Virus record (IMG/VR): IMGVR_UViG_3300001589_005208
Length of the DNA: 64,000 nt
Direction: 5' to 3' (one strand)
Source: an uncultured virus (IMG/VR IMGVR_UViG_3300001589_005208)
Taxonomy: Duplodnaviria > Heunggongvirae > Uroviricota > Caudoviricetes
The translations under genes were made by a program, and so were the position numbers. Below, piece after piece: positions 17,081 to 31,300 of this stretch (positions are counted from its first letter, which is position 1; each line of letters opens with the position of its first letter). A model generated the notes under the pieces. That model was not told the DNA's origin. It worked only from the letters and a program-made list of their open reading frames with translations, and made no database searches.

Positions 17081-19345
17081 TTAAACTTTCAACATGCATT
17101 CAACTAATTTCTCATCAGCATCTGTGTTTGTTTCAATTGCAATACCTACTAACGGACCTGCTCCATCGCTACTCGCACAACCATCTGCGTGTGCAAACAC
17201 GGCTTGTCCTTTATTTATGGCACCTATAACACGCACTGGAACCCGTCCACATAGTGCTATGGCGACACCTTCTAGTTCGCTATTCATTAAGTATGCTGGG
17301 TTTGTACTAATAACTCCTGCTACATATGGACTTCCTGCCCATGCAGTTGTTTCAGCATCACTATACACACCATCTACTTCCATAACAGTTCCTGGCGCAT
17401 ATTCTTTATCAGCAGTATATTTTTCTGCCAAGTCAGCATATTGTGCCGAACTAGATACAGTAGTTGTATTTGTTACTGCTAATGTTTCTGTACTTGGCAC
17501 ATAAGTTAACACTGCCGAGTCAGTCATTACACCATCTGATCCTGTGTTTTGATTTCCAAAGTGTAAGTAGTGTGTATCAGTACTTGCACTTTCTTCTGTA
17601 ATTGTTACAGTAGATGCACTAGTTGCCGTTGCCGCATTTTGACCTGCGCCATTAAATGCAATAGTTACTGTGTCTCCAGTAATGCTTGTATCAACACCAG
17701 CACCACCTGTAAACGTTAATGTATCAGCACCTGTTGTAATAACATCACTACCGCTATCAGAAGCAATATTAAATGAACTTCCAAATGACGCAACCTTTGT
17801 ATCGACGTATGCTTTAGTTGCCGCTTCTTGGTTTGAAGTTGGATCTACTAGACCTTTAATTTTGTTTGTGTTTGCATCAATATCACCAGTTGCACTTAAT
17901 ACTATATCACCTGATGCACTTGCAATAGTATTTGCAGTTACACTCAAGTTACCTGCTTTAAGTGTGCCTGCATTAAATGTTCCTGCAGTAATACTCAAGT
18001 TACCTGTTGATGAACCTGTGAATGTTCCAGTACCAACTGTGAACTCATCTGCACTTTCATCGTATCCGATAAATGCGTTTGCATCATCACCACGTTCAAT
18101 AACAATACCTGCGTCATTGGCAGCCGATCCAGTTGTACCAGTTGCTAGTTCAAGTATGCTATCACTAATAGTTGTATTAGTTGTTGCTACTGTAGTTGTT
18201 GTTCCGTTAACTGTTAAGTTACCACTTAGTGTTAAATTTGTAAATGTTGGACTAGCACCCGAGTCAAGTGATATACTTGGAGTTGTGCCTTCACCAGCAC
18301 CTCCACCAGTTACAGTAACTCCTGTACCGCCTGCCAGAGTTGCTACATAACTACCTGTTGTATCTGTTCCTAAAGTAATAGTACCGGCTAACGTTGTTGC
18401 AATACTAAGATTTGCACTGCCATCAAAATTACCTGTTCCGGTTACTGCACCTGTTAGTGTAAGATCTCTTGATGTTGCAAGTGCGGTTGCTGTTGCACTG
18501 TTTACGTTTATACTACTTGGTAAACCAAGTGTTACTGTCTGTCCTGTTGCAGTTGAAGTAATTTGGTTTGCAGTTCCAGTTAATGTTAAGTTCTGTGTGC
18601 TAAGATCAACTGTAATAGTGTCCGCGGCATCATCAATAATATTAAGCGTTCCACTACCTGCTAACCCATCAACATATGTTTTGTTTGCCGCATCAGCACC
18701 GGCAGTAGGAGCCGCTACATTTACAATTTTGTTTGTTAGCATATCAACATCGGCACTTGGTATAAACGACAAGTCAACTGTGTTATTACCAGTGTTCTGT
18801 GCAACAACGATTGGTTGTGCAACAGATCTAATACTATTGAATTCTAAACTAGTACCTGTTTTCTGTTTAAAAACATTAATACCTGTACCAACGTTAGCAC
18901 CAGTGTTTGCTTCACCGCCACTTGCTCCTGGAGGTGCACTTGGCTTAAAGTTTGTTCCGTCCCAAGTTAACACATCACTAATAGTAGGTGCATCTGAACC
19001 TGTTGTACTTACATCACTAAGAGCGTCAACACTGAGGGAGTTTACTGCTGTTCCTACTCTTGCATCTGTATAGTACAAGTTCGGTGACCCGCCGCTACCT
19101 TCTGTCAAGTCATTTGTACTTTTGTTTCCAAAACTTGTATTAAATCTTGCTTCGGTATAGTACAAGTTTGTACTACCTTCCGATATGTTATCACTACCTA
19201 ATGTAACTGCATCTTTGAAACCATTTACACTTTTAACATAGTTAAGTTCAACGACTGTGACGCGATTGTTTACATCATCAAAGTTACCATCTAACTCTTC
19301 AAATGTTAGTGGTACACTCTTATTTCTTCTAAATGTAATTGCCAT
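17081..19345 (-). CDS. Tail fibre-like protein with a C-terminal intramolecular-chaperone (peptidase G2-like) domain
   Basis: PLTFEELDGNF start, two EG..NLYYT.AR repeats, two AA.K.YVD motifs, T/G/S-rich composition and YADLAEKY...GRVPVRV.G. Confidence 0.75.
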   Translation of the reverse strand: MAITFRRNKSVPLTFEELDGNFDDVNNRVTVVELNYVKSVNGFKDAVTLGSDNISEGSTNLYYTEARFNTSFGNKSTNDLTEGSGGSPNLYYTDARVGTAVNSLSVDALSDVSTTGSDAPTISDVLTWDGTNFKPSAPPGASGGEANTGANVGTGINVFKQKTGTSLEFNSIRSVAQPIVVAQNTGNNTVDLSFIPSADVDMLTNKIVNVAAPTAGADAANKTYVDGLAGSGTLNIIDDAADTITVDLSTQNLTLTGTANQITSTATGQTVTLGLPSSINVNSATATALATSRDLTLTGAVTGTGNFDGSANLSIATTLAGTITLGTDTTGSYVATLAGGTGVTVTGGGAGEGTTPSISLDSGASPTFTNLTLSGNLTVNGTTTTVATTNTTISDSILELATGTTGSAANDAGIVIERGDDANAFIGYDESADEFTVGTGTFTGSSTGNLSITAGTFNAGTLKAGNLSVTANTIASASGDIVLSATGDIDANTNKIKGLVDPTSNQEAATKAYVDTKVASFGSSFNIASDSGSDVITTGADTLTFTGGAGVDTSITGDTVTIAFNGAGQNAATATSASTVTITEESASTDTHYLHFGNQNTGSDGVMTDSAVLTYVPSTETLAVTNTTTVSSSAQYADLAEKYTADKEYAPGTVMEVDGVYSDAETTAWAGSPYVAGVISTNPAYLMNSELEGVAIALCGRVPVRVIGAINKGQAVFAHADGCASSDGAGPLVGIAIETNTDADEKLVECMLKV

Positions 19346-19387
19346 TTTATTTCCTTCTTACCCCTCAGTAAAATACTATATGTTTAT

Positions 19388-22300
19388 TTATTCATTAATT
19401 TGAACGTAATTTTCAACAACATATTTTGTTTGCAAATATCTTCCATTTTGGTTATATGCAATGTTAATAACAGGTATTGTTCCAGCATATTCAGTTAAGA
19501 ACTTTGCTTGTTGTGTTGTGTGATACTGTAAACTATCTGTTGTACTATTAACATCATACCATACACTATCATATGGATTAGGTACTTCTTGTCTTAGACT
19601 TGAGTCAATTACTAAGTCTCCAACATAGTGTCTAAATGCAATAGCAGTTCCCATTGTACCTCTACGTAGGTTACTAAGCACATTGCCATCTTTCTTCCAG
19701 TAAGTAATACGTTCGTTGTCAATAAACACTACACCAGGAATATTACTTGCTAAATCTGGGTCTGCTAATTTACTACCGTTTGTTACTGTAATTGTAGTAT
19801 CTGCTCTATTTAATGCTACTGCTACTGTTGTTGTAGCATCTTCAATCATTCTAGTAAAACGTGTTGCACCAAGTACGTCTTTCCACATTCTCCATGCAAT
19901 CTGCTTTTTAATTGTTTTATCACTAAACTGGTTAACAACAATAATATCATTGCTTGTGATTGATTTTTTAATTATTAAGTCACCTGCACTACTAACTTCA
20001 TAGTCTGTACCGACACTTAATTTAATTCCGTTTAGTGTAACCCAAATATAATTAATATCGGTTATTGTTCTGTACAAGTCAAATAGTGGACTATTAATAA
20101 CTGCTATACTGTCACTATCAAAATTTGATGCATCATAATTGTCACCGTCATACCCTATTGTAATGGTTACTTCACTTGCTGTCAACCCCTTAAATGTCTG
20201 TGCAGTAATTTCTAATGTATCGTGATTACTAAATGTAGTTGTATTAAGTTTAGTACCAGTAGTAACTGGTAAACTACTATCTAACGTAAGTTGATTTCCA
20301 ACTACAGTATATTCAGCATTTGTATTGTCACCTATTGCAATCTTTGAGCCACTTGTTGGAGCAGTAGTAAATGTAACTGTTCTTGGATCAGTTCCAACTT
20401 GTGCATCTAATGTCCAGTCTGTGTTAGCCGCTCCGTTAACAAATATGCTAATGTCCGAAGCAGTAATAGTTGTATGATTAATGTCTGCATTATTTGTCAG
20501 TGTAAAAGTAGTTGTGCCACCATCACCTGTGAAGTATGTGTATACTGCTGGACGTAATCTATTTTCATTTAGTTCAACAAATAGTTTTGCATCTGTTGGG
20601 CCATCATAGAATGGTCGATTAGTCATTGTAAATGTTCTTAAAGAGCCATTCATAATAATTGTATCTTGTGCCACATGACTGTATGCAATTTCAATACCCG
20701 GATCTAAGTTAAACACAAATACATGTATGTGTGCACCACTTACCGGCGCAGTTGAAAAAGTTAATACTCCACGCTCGCTCTCATCACTAATAGTATGATC
20801 TGTTTTAACACCGTTCACTAATACCAATGATTGCTTTGCTAATGACTGCTTAACAGGAAGTGTAATTTTTAAATCTGTTCCGTTGCTTATGTACACAACA
20901 TCAAGTATCATATTTTGTCCAGTAGTACCAATGTTAATAACATCAATTATATCATTATTACTAGGAGCAGTATTAAATACAACTTCAAATGTCGTAAAGT
21001 CTAATGTAAACTCATCTGGTTGTACTTTACCTTGTTGTGCAGTGTAAATCATAATGTTGTCGCCAATGATATTATCTAACGGCATAAAACTAAATCTAAC
21101 ATCAGTTCCATTTGCTCTGTGCTTAACAACATCAATTTTTGGACTTAGTGCAGTTCCATTTTCAAGTGTACTAGGTGTTTGATATATTTCCATATCTAAA
21201 CTATCAAATACTCTACCCGGTATAAACTCTTCAGGTGAATGTGCGTTATACTGATCAACAAACTTACCACCAATAATATCAATGTCTTCTGGTCTTGTTC
21301 CAAGTAAACTATCACCAAATCTATTTTGGAGTACTTGTGCTACTGTCAATCCTTCTGTTAGTACAGTTTGATTTTCTGAGTATCCAGAATCAACAAAGTC
21401 GAAGTTTACAAATGCACCTGCTTCCATTTCAGCACCGGTAATAGCAATATTACTTGCAGTAATATTTGTATCAGCGACACCTGAAATCATTTTAATGCCT
21501 TCAGAACCTACTTCAAAGTTATCAAAAGGTACTGCGTCAAAACCGCCTCTTGAGTAACCAGGCTCTTGATCAAACGTTGGTCCAACTATTTTATTACGTG
21601 GATATTCGATTCCATAGAATAAGTTTTCTAATTGTTTTGCTGGTTGTGTACTTGTTGGTTGGTAGTATGCAATAGATCTATCCATTGCATTTGTAAATGT
21701 TTCATCTGCAATAACTGTTAAACTATCACTTGTAAATGTTACTCCACTAGTAAAGTCTGCATTGGCAGTATATGCTTCACCTAAGTATGTAATCTTATCA
21801 CCTGAGCTATATGCGGTTTCTGCCACCCACTCTTTAACTTCAGTTGTGTACTTTATTCTATCAAACTTTAAAGTACTTTCAAATGTTCTTATTTGTTCGT
21901 TACTAAGTCTTGCATAAGCACTTGCAGTTGTTCCTGCACTACCACTAAATGTTACTGTCGGTGTTGAAGTATAACCGCTACCAGGATTAGTTATTATAAT
22001 ACTAGTTACAACGCCTGTGTCAATAACTGCTGTTGCAGTAGCACCAGTACCACCACCGCCACTAATTGTAATTACTGGTGGAACAGTATATGCAGTTCCT
22101 CCATTTTCAATTACTAATTCTTTTACAATAAATGCTTTGTTTGAGTTGTATTGACTATTTGTTCCTGCTTTTAATCTTGCAACATCATCTGCACTACTTG
22201 TGTTTGGCTTACGATAGTATCCAAGTGTTGAGTCATAATAACTTGCAACATCAAAGTCTGTAACGTCACCGTCCCATGGCTCAGTGTTATCATAGTTTAG

Positions 22301-25300
22301 TACATACTCACGTATCTTTGTATGATAAGGTTTTGCTTCGCTAATGAAATCGTTAACGTAAGATTGATTATCTCTTCTGTAATATGGCAAGGCATCAAGT
22401 GCTCTAATGTTATGATTAACACTTACGAAACTTGTTTTGAATAACCAATCTACATATGGTTGCTCATCAAGTACATGATATATTATTGCCATAATTAAAT
22501 TGTTATACTGAATTTTTAAATCTTCAACAAGTATATTGTTTAGTACACAATTAATAATTTTTCTAGTTTCAACTTGTGGCTCTTGATCAAACAGTTGGAA
22601 GTCAAATACTTCACTGTCAAAACCATAACGGTTCTTTGTGTAATCGTATAAACTTGTTCCTAGTTGTAGTGTACCGTTTGCAATACCAACAGTTGCATAA
22701 TCTACACCGTTATAATATAATAATTCCCAAGCACCACCGTTGTCAACTTTAACAATCTCGCCACTAACTACTCCAGTTAAGTTAACTAAATCTTTCTTTA
22801 ATTCTATTAAATGATTTATGTATGTTGTTGCACTATATCCAGTTGCATACCAGTCTGCATAAGCCCATTGTGTTTTTACATCATAACTTTGTAACTTTAC
22901 AAGTGTCCAAGTATTATTTTCTAGTTTAGAATATATACTCCATAAGTTTTGTACATTCTCATCACTTGCAACAAGAACTCTCCAACCAGTCGGACGCTCT
23001 AAGAGTCTTACATATCCTAACTGTGTTTGGTTCTCGACACGTTGATTCCACTCGCCACTGTTTACTGTTGGCTCTGTATCTTCTGCAAGTAAGCCACTAA
23101 TGTCTCTACTAATTGCAATAGGGTTTGCAAGTAATATAGGATTCACAACATCAACAAATGTTTTTAATGCAGTAAATCTATTAACAAACATACTCTGTCT
23201 TGGACGGAATTGTACGCCATGTTGTTGTGTAATATTTAAATTATTGTCAGGTACTTGATTACCTATTGTATCAGCACCGACTAAACTATCTACAAGTTTA
23301 CGTTCTATGTTAGTAGGTAATGTTTGTTCTGCATAACCTTCTTTAATAATACTCCACTCAGTATGCAATACTTGATCGTTTTTCTTAATATCAAAATCAA
23401 CTGCAAGAATAGTATTATTATCAATAATGTCACCATTCATATTATAACTAGCAATGTCACTTGGACTTGTAAATGCTACATACTTAATTCCGTATGTTGT
23501 TGGATCTACAATAATTTGTGCAACGTTATATGGACTTACTGTATGATTATCAGTAATGTCTCTAAGTCCTCTAACCCAGAAATAATACTTTGTTGTGGAA
23601 CTTTGATTAGTGTAAGTTGTATTTGTTACATATAAGTTTGCATTGTAAACTTCGCCACCGCCTGTGTATGCACTTGGTAACACACTACTTTCAACCCAAC
23701 TGTAAACATTAATAGCGGATCCTGGAAATACTGTGCTCCAGAATGTGCTACGGTATGCCCAGTCACCTTGTTCTGCATAGTTATATTTTACAGTTGCAAG
23801 ATCCCACCAAATTTTACCAACTTGTTTTGAACTCCATGTACTTGCACCTTCGGCGGCATATACTGCTGGATCCCATAATGTTTTATAATCAATGTTTTCA
23901 TCTGCTAGTCCTGGTATCTTTCCTTTAATAGGATCAATCCAGTCATAGTAATTAATAATTTTATTTGTTACTTTGTTGTAACTGAATACTCTGTTAATGC
24001 GTTTTGGATCAACTAATTTTGATTCCTGCTCACTGATGTTAAACACACTACCGTTAAGTTTATATTCAAACACACGACCTGCGTTAGTATTAACATTATC
24101 ATCATATGGGGTTCCAACAAATATTGTTGTGCCTACTACTGCAATGTCATAACCAAATTCGTCATTGTCAGAAACAGTTGTGTTTGATAATGTTTGTGTT
24201 TGTATGTAACTATCATTTATTGATTGGTATACATAAACATTACCACCACGTTTTCTTCTGTCAACAAATGCAGTTGCTTTACTATCAACTACTAATTCAC
24301 TATTGTCAAATGTACATGATGAATCAAATATACTAGTTGGTGCAGCTATGCTTAATGCACTTCCATCATTGTTAATTGCAAGTGCCTTACCAAATTGTTG
24401 TAAGTCTGTTTGTGCATCTTGTGTAATATTATGAACTAGTGTCCAATCATTGGATGCATACTTGTGTACACTTACTAATCCACTTTCACTTTCAAATCTA
24501 TCTAAACCCGGGCTACTTGCAAATACTTTTAAGCCATCGTGTGTCATTGCAACATCTGTACCGTAAAAACTAAAGTCACCTGTGACTGATGCAATTAATG
24601 TCTTTTGTAATGTCCAACCAGGGCGTCCACTGTCTGCTAAAGTTGTACTATCGTCTGCTTTTAGTAATTCACTGTCTGCAGTTTTGAATGTTTCAGTATT
24701 AGCAACGTAAATGTAAATTGCACCACGTTGTTGTCCTGCTCCGTTTTCCTTAGGTGCACCAACAACAAACTTGTCGCCTGCTAAGTTTGTATCAATACTT
24801 GTACCAAAGTCTGAGCCACCGTTACCAGTAACTACTTTTCTTTGTATTACATTTAAGCCTGTGTTAACTCTTACAATACTTGATAATGCCGGAGTAACAG
24901 CAAATGTCATTAACCCGTTTACAAGTGTATAGTCTACACCTTCGATTTGTACTACACCTTCCAGTGTAACATTTCTACCAGGAAACATCGGTACAAGCGA
25001 AGTAACTTTGTTAGTTCCATCTGTAAATATTGTATCTTCAACTTTATTGATTTCAGTAACACCGTCTGCTTGTTCAATGTCTAAAATATAAACTGAAACA
25101 TTTCCGGGTGACCCAACAAATAAACGTTTACCATCTTTACTAAACTTTACACTTTGTCCTAAGCGAGTAGCACTTGTATCACTCCATGCAAGTCTTAATT
25201 CATATTCGTACAGTTTTTTGTTTAACTTGTAAACAAATACTGCACCTTGTCCTGCGTTTGTGCCAGGTGCTCCAATAACAACAGTTTCCTCAAATACATC

Positions 25301-28300
25301 TACACTATGTCCAAACTCTCTAACTGATACATTTGTTGGAGCAAGTTGTTCACTTTCACTTAACTTACCTTCAATGTTTGGTGTGTACATTGATACTGCA
25401 CCGTATGTTAAAGCAGTTGGCATACCAAATGCAGCCAAGCTCTCATCACCGTTTACTGCAATGCTATGTCCAAAGCGTCCATCTGTATAGTTGTAAATGC
25501 CAGGAGTAAATGTATAATTGTTTGCGTATTCTTTTGTCTTTTCAAATACTGCCCACTTGCCGTTGTAGTCATCAATGAATACTTTGTCATTTAACTTCCA
25601 ACCACGTGTTGGATTGAAAGAACTAAGTGTAAGTTCATCTGCAAAACGAATGCTAGTAAACTTTAATACTACTGCTTCACCAGTTTGATCAAGTCCTTCA
25701 ACCTTTTCATCTGTTTCAAAACTTTTTAATCCTGTTGTTCTTAATATTCTATGTACGCCACTACCTTCACCAAAGCCTTTAATAACAATAAAATCATCTG
25801 GTTGAAGTGTATGTTGTTCATCAGTTGTCCACAATATTGTATTGTTGCTACTTGCTTGTGCAGTTGTAACTACTACTTTTGTAACATCTAAGTAATACAT
25901 ATTCCAATCAAGTGTAAGATCGTTAGCAACGTATAAAACGTAACCAGTGTCCATTGTAGAAATATTTGAATCTAAGTTTTGATATGAAGTAATGTTAAAC
26001 AGTGTAGCATCGGCATCAGTTAATTTTGCATAACCGGCATATGGTAATGCATCACTAATAATTCCGTAGTCGTCACTGGTTGGTATCCACTTGTCAGTTA
26101 TAGTAGGAGGTGCCTCGTAAAAATTATTTACAAGTAAGTTATTAACACCTTCTTCTTTTTCTTCTATACTAGGAATAGTATGAATTACTGAAGGGTTACC
26201 TTGTGTATCAATTTCTCTAAGTTGTATTTCAACTCTACTGTTTACTTCTGTTCCGCCATACTCGCCACTGCGTATTGCCCACTCTTCAAACATATTAATG
26301 TCTGAGGTTGTGTTATCTAACTTAGCACGGAGTAGTTTGTCAATTGAATTCTTAGTACCCTTCTCACGTATCATACCTTGATAAAACTTTATCTGTGATG
26401 TATCGTTAAGTCCTAAGTTCTCTAAGTAACTTCTTGATTGATAACCAATAACACTTTTACCAAATCTATCAGCATCACTTTGTAAGTTGGCTTCGTCTAA
26501 ATCATAAAATGATTCAAAGTTTCCACCTAGTGTGTCCCAGTTAGGAAGTAATCCTAATTTAAAACTATCTGTTGGTGCCCATTGATTATAATCAAATGCA
26601 CTACCGCTTGTATGTTTTTGTACGGCAGTATATAAGTTATCATTATATTTTACAATAGTACCTTTAGAGTAATCTGTATTTTGTACAAACAGATCTACAG
26701 TACCACGATTTAAAATAAATCCTTGTGCCGTTAAACTACCGTCCCAACCTTGTGTTCTCCAACCTACTAAGCGTAATCTGTTTTGTCTGTTACCTAGTTC
26801 TGGTTGATATACAATATCGTTAAACACCGTTGTATTATTTAAAACTAGTACATGCTCATATTGTACTACTTTAAGATCTGCATAATAAATTCCGCCGGCG
26901 TCTGGTGCTGGCTCTAATTCAAATCTGCCGTCTTCTCTTTTTGTTTTAAAATTGTCTATTGTTAAACTGTCAAAGTTTTGATTTAGTACTGCCTTGCTAC
27001 TTCCTAAGTCACTAACAAGACTGTCGATCATTCCATCTTCACGATTGAACTGTAAGAAGTTAGCACTAGGACTTATACTAATAACTGCACCTACACCCCA
27101 GTTTTGCTTATTCCAATATGCAAACTCTTTACCACTCATTGCCCAGTTGGCAGTTGTTGTTCCGTTGGCTACTTCTTCTGTACTGTTATCAAAGTCGTAA
27201 CCTATTAATGTCAAGTAACGTCCGTAACTAATTAAGAAATCAAATACTTGTTGCGGAGAACTTAGTTCAGTACCGTACGCAACTTGTTGTGTAAAGTCTT
27301 GTGAGTCTTTGTACTCGTAATAACGATCTTCTAAAACTGTGTGTGTTTGTACGTTATTACTTTGTACACTTGGTATAACTGTAAAGAAAGGATTTGTATG
27401 ATCGTAACCATATAATAAGTATCCTGTGTCACTTCTTTGTACAATTACTCCACTGTATGGAGCATTGATAATAGGACCAGTTTTTTGTACATGTAAACTG
27501 TAATCTTCATCTGGTATAATAACGTTTTCACTAATTGCGTTAGGACTTACTTGTTCAGCAAGTACTTTTAAAAATTTCTTATCTGTGTAACTACTTAACT
27601 TACATGCTAAGTTGATATCTAACTTATCAACTGTGTCTTCGAGTATAGTTGTTGACAATCCTAAGAATTGCATATAGTTACCGATGTATGTTGAATAGCC
27701 ATTTACAATGTTACTATCTATAAACGGAATACTAAAGTCAGGTCTTTGTAATTGCTTATTAGTATTAACGTTAACAATATTATTTGTTAGTGTACTTCTA
27801 CTAATAATATCTGTATCATATGTTAATCCAAAATACTTTGCAGGCTTCATTAAGCCCATTGCAATTTGGCATATAAACGGCCAGTCACTACTTTTCATCC
27901 AGGCTGACTGTGCAGGTCCAAAATCATTTAGTGTCCACGAACTATCGTTGTCGAATACAGTTGAACCTTTAGCAAGTGTCTTCCAAGGTGAACGTAATGT
28001 TCCATGTGTATCAACTGGAATCATATCTAGTAAATCAGGACGAGCATAATTTGTGTTTAGTGTATGTGTTTCACTAATTCCGTCACTGTAAATTTTACCG
28101 TCACGTAAGTCTTCCCATAGTACTAAGTTTCCACTTGCATACGGAGCCGGACCATAACGTGATTCCCACCAACTTGGCTTTTCACTAAAGCCTAACATCT
28201 CCCACGGATGAGTATCTGGTCTATCAGTATCAAAGTAAAAGTTATAAATGCCTCTCCAGAAACCTGGAAGTAGCTCATCAGTTAGTTTGTCGTTTAATTT

Positions 28301-31300
28301 ATTATAGTTCCAACTAAACTCGTTGTTAGTTGTATACTCTTGATTGGTAGTCCAATTAACTCTGTTTTGTATTGCCCACTTTAAGAAAAACTTTGCAATG
28401 ATATTGTTTTTCTCTATAAGCGAATAACTTGTATCTCTCCAACGTCCAGGCATAACATCATTGATGTCTAATACTTCTGGTTTGTACGTTGCTTTGATAT
28501 TGTTATAAATTCTGTTTTCTAGTTCAATTAAAATGTCATCTAAGTATCCGCCAAATGCACGAGTCTTACTTCCATCATGTCCTTGGATCATTTCTACATC
28601 AGTAAAATAACTTGTATCGATATATTTTACAGGCTGGTACTTTGGGTATAAGCCTAACTTACTTGGTGTAGGTGGAATATAATTTCCTGCAGTATTAGAA
28701 TAGTCAACAATTTTAATAACATCAGTTAGTGCTAATAAGTCTTTCTTAAACTCAACTGCGGCTCTGATACTACTAAATGTATAATCAGTTCCATGTTGTA
28801 GTTGTACATTATTACGATATACTAATACACTTCTATTACCATTTGTTCCTATTACAAATAAGTTTTCAAATTGATAACTGGTTTGTCTATCATCAGTAAT
28901 AGTGTATTTTCTAATCTTTTTATTAGTACCGTGTCCAACCATATCACTATGATAAAACGGAAACGTACTACTTTTTGTATTGTTAATACTTGCAAGTATC
29001 ACATCAACTGCGGCAGGAATATCACTAAAATCTAAGTCCAGTGTGTTAGACGCTTGTATAAACTTCTGTTTAAACTTGGTATATTCACTTGCATTATACT
29101 CAACTGACTTAACAAAGTTTAAGTTGTTGTCTTGTAAGAATACACTTGGAAAAACCATTCCAGCACTATGATGTAAGATATTACCAGCATGTTCACTACT
29201 GTTAACAATGTCTCTTAGGTTACTACTTCCAGGATATGTTCCATCAAAGTCAGTAGCAGTTTTTAACGTACTACCTACGTGGTTACGCATCTGCCCAAGC
29301 GTGATAGTATCAAACTTAGCGTTAAAGGCATTGTTGCTTAGATTAACCGGTACTTGGTAATTGCCGTATTGTGTTGCAGTATTACTTAATACTTCAATAA
29401 TAATTTGTGTTTTTGCAGTTGGTGCCGTTGTAAATTCAACAATGTTTCTGCCACCAAATGTTGTTGCAGTCCAACCTGTTGTTATTTCTACGTTATCTTT
29501 GTAAACTATTACACTAGGACGACTTGCAGTAGATGTAATAGGCTCGGCTCCTATATCAAACTGTTTTGCATCACCAGAGGCAATATACATAACTTCTTGA
29601 TATTGTGTACTTGGGTTAATTACTTTTATCCAACCGTCTGTATACTTTTGTGTTCCTGTACTATCTGTACTTTGAATAAATCCAGTGTTGATGTTTTTAG
29701 TTGTACTGCCTGTTGTTGTAGTGTATACAAATGTATCAGTGCTGTAATCATTGCTAAAAATAATATCGCCAATGTTACTAAAGTTTCTGTACTTTAATGC
29801 AAATCCTAATTCTGTATCACTTGCACCTGTACCAGTAGCATATGAAAATAATTTACTTCCTGTAAAGTTGTTTCCAACATATGAAGTTGCATTATTTAAA
29901 CTTACTCCAGTTGAATCAAAGATATCAAATAGCGGTGCTTGGTTTATAAAAGTCTTTAACTGACATAAACTCCATGCAGTTCCATTCCACTTATAACTTT
30001 TTCCTTTTTGCGTTGTACCTTGTTTAACAGAAAATCCAGTGTTAACTGCAACTATGTCTGTAGTACTTTCAACTAATCTAATTTCTGTATCGCCTGTACT
30101 CTGAAAGTTTACAATGTTAACTGTATAAACTTTACTTCTTACATCTGCGTTTGTATCTGCGGCAAAAATAACTCGCATGCCTTCAGTCAGTAGTACTCCG
30201 TCAATTCTAAAATTGTTTGTGTTTTGTACAATACTAAGTGCATCAGTAGTATAGTTGTCAATTAAATCAACCGGTGCTATACCAAGTGTGCCGTGATTAA
30301 AAAGATTTAAGTTTCTATTGAATTCAATAATTGGTCTATTTGCTCTACTAGTTTGATCTAGTGTTGGAATAGTTTTATTGTATGTTGCAATAGTATTAAC
30401 AACTTCTTTATGGTACCAGTGGTTACTTCTGCTCCATGCATTTCTATCTACACTACCACGTCTAATTGTAACATAATCTTTTGTGTCAGTATTTGCTAGT
30501 TCATAACTCACATGCTCGGCTTTGTCAATTAAGAAGATACCTTCTCCTACACCGTCAACAATAAATGTCTTATTTTGTTTTGTAGTAGGTAATACAGTTG
30601 TATCAAAACTAATATGTAATCCGTTTGTAAACTGTACACCGTTTGGACTTGTGTATGCAGATTTGCCAACAACTTCGTTATCAATATCTATTGTTCTATA
30701 GTCAGGATCAATTAATTTAATAACTCCATAACGTGTTGCATCTGTACTATCCTGATAGTATAGTGTACTCATTGGTGCAGTGATTGCCGGCACTACTTGT
30801 AAATTATCAACACTTGGATTTCTATAATATTCTTTTGTGCTATGAAGTGTACCTTCATTAATTTGTACTTTTTTATCTATGCCTATTGCTTGTATAGGTA
30901 ATAATGTAATCTTACTACTGCCGCCAACTTGTATTTGGAAAACACTAAAACGGTTTGCTTTTGGCAATACAGTTGTGGCATCCCAATTAGCATCATCTTC
31001 AGTTGAATGTGTAAAGATAATAGTTTTATTTTCAAGGAACAACTGTCCATCAACACCGCCAAGTTCTTGTATCTGGCTAACTGTCTTACCATTAATTTGT
31101 TTATGTGTTAAATCACTTGCTAAGTCAACTGACGCAACATTAACTAATGTTTGTGTAAAAAATTGTTGATCTCTTGATTTAGGAACATTAAATGTTACAC
31201 TACCGTTACTTTGTCCGTTGTTAGTTACACCAAAGATATCACGTGTGCTACGATTAAAACTTATTAAACTTTTGCCTGTAGTACCCGGCTCTGACTGAAT

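Noticed and set aside
14290..19073. Long plus-strand ORFs antisense to the fibre genes (e.g. 14290-14754, 17670-18350, 18597-19073)
   Set aside because: These are shadow ORFs produced by the codon bias of the real minus-strand genes; no SD or motifs.
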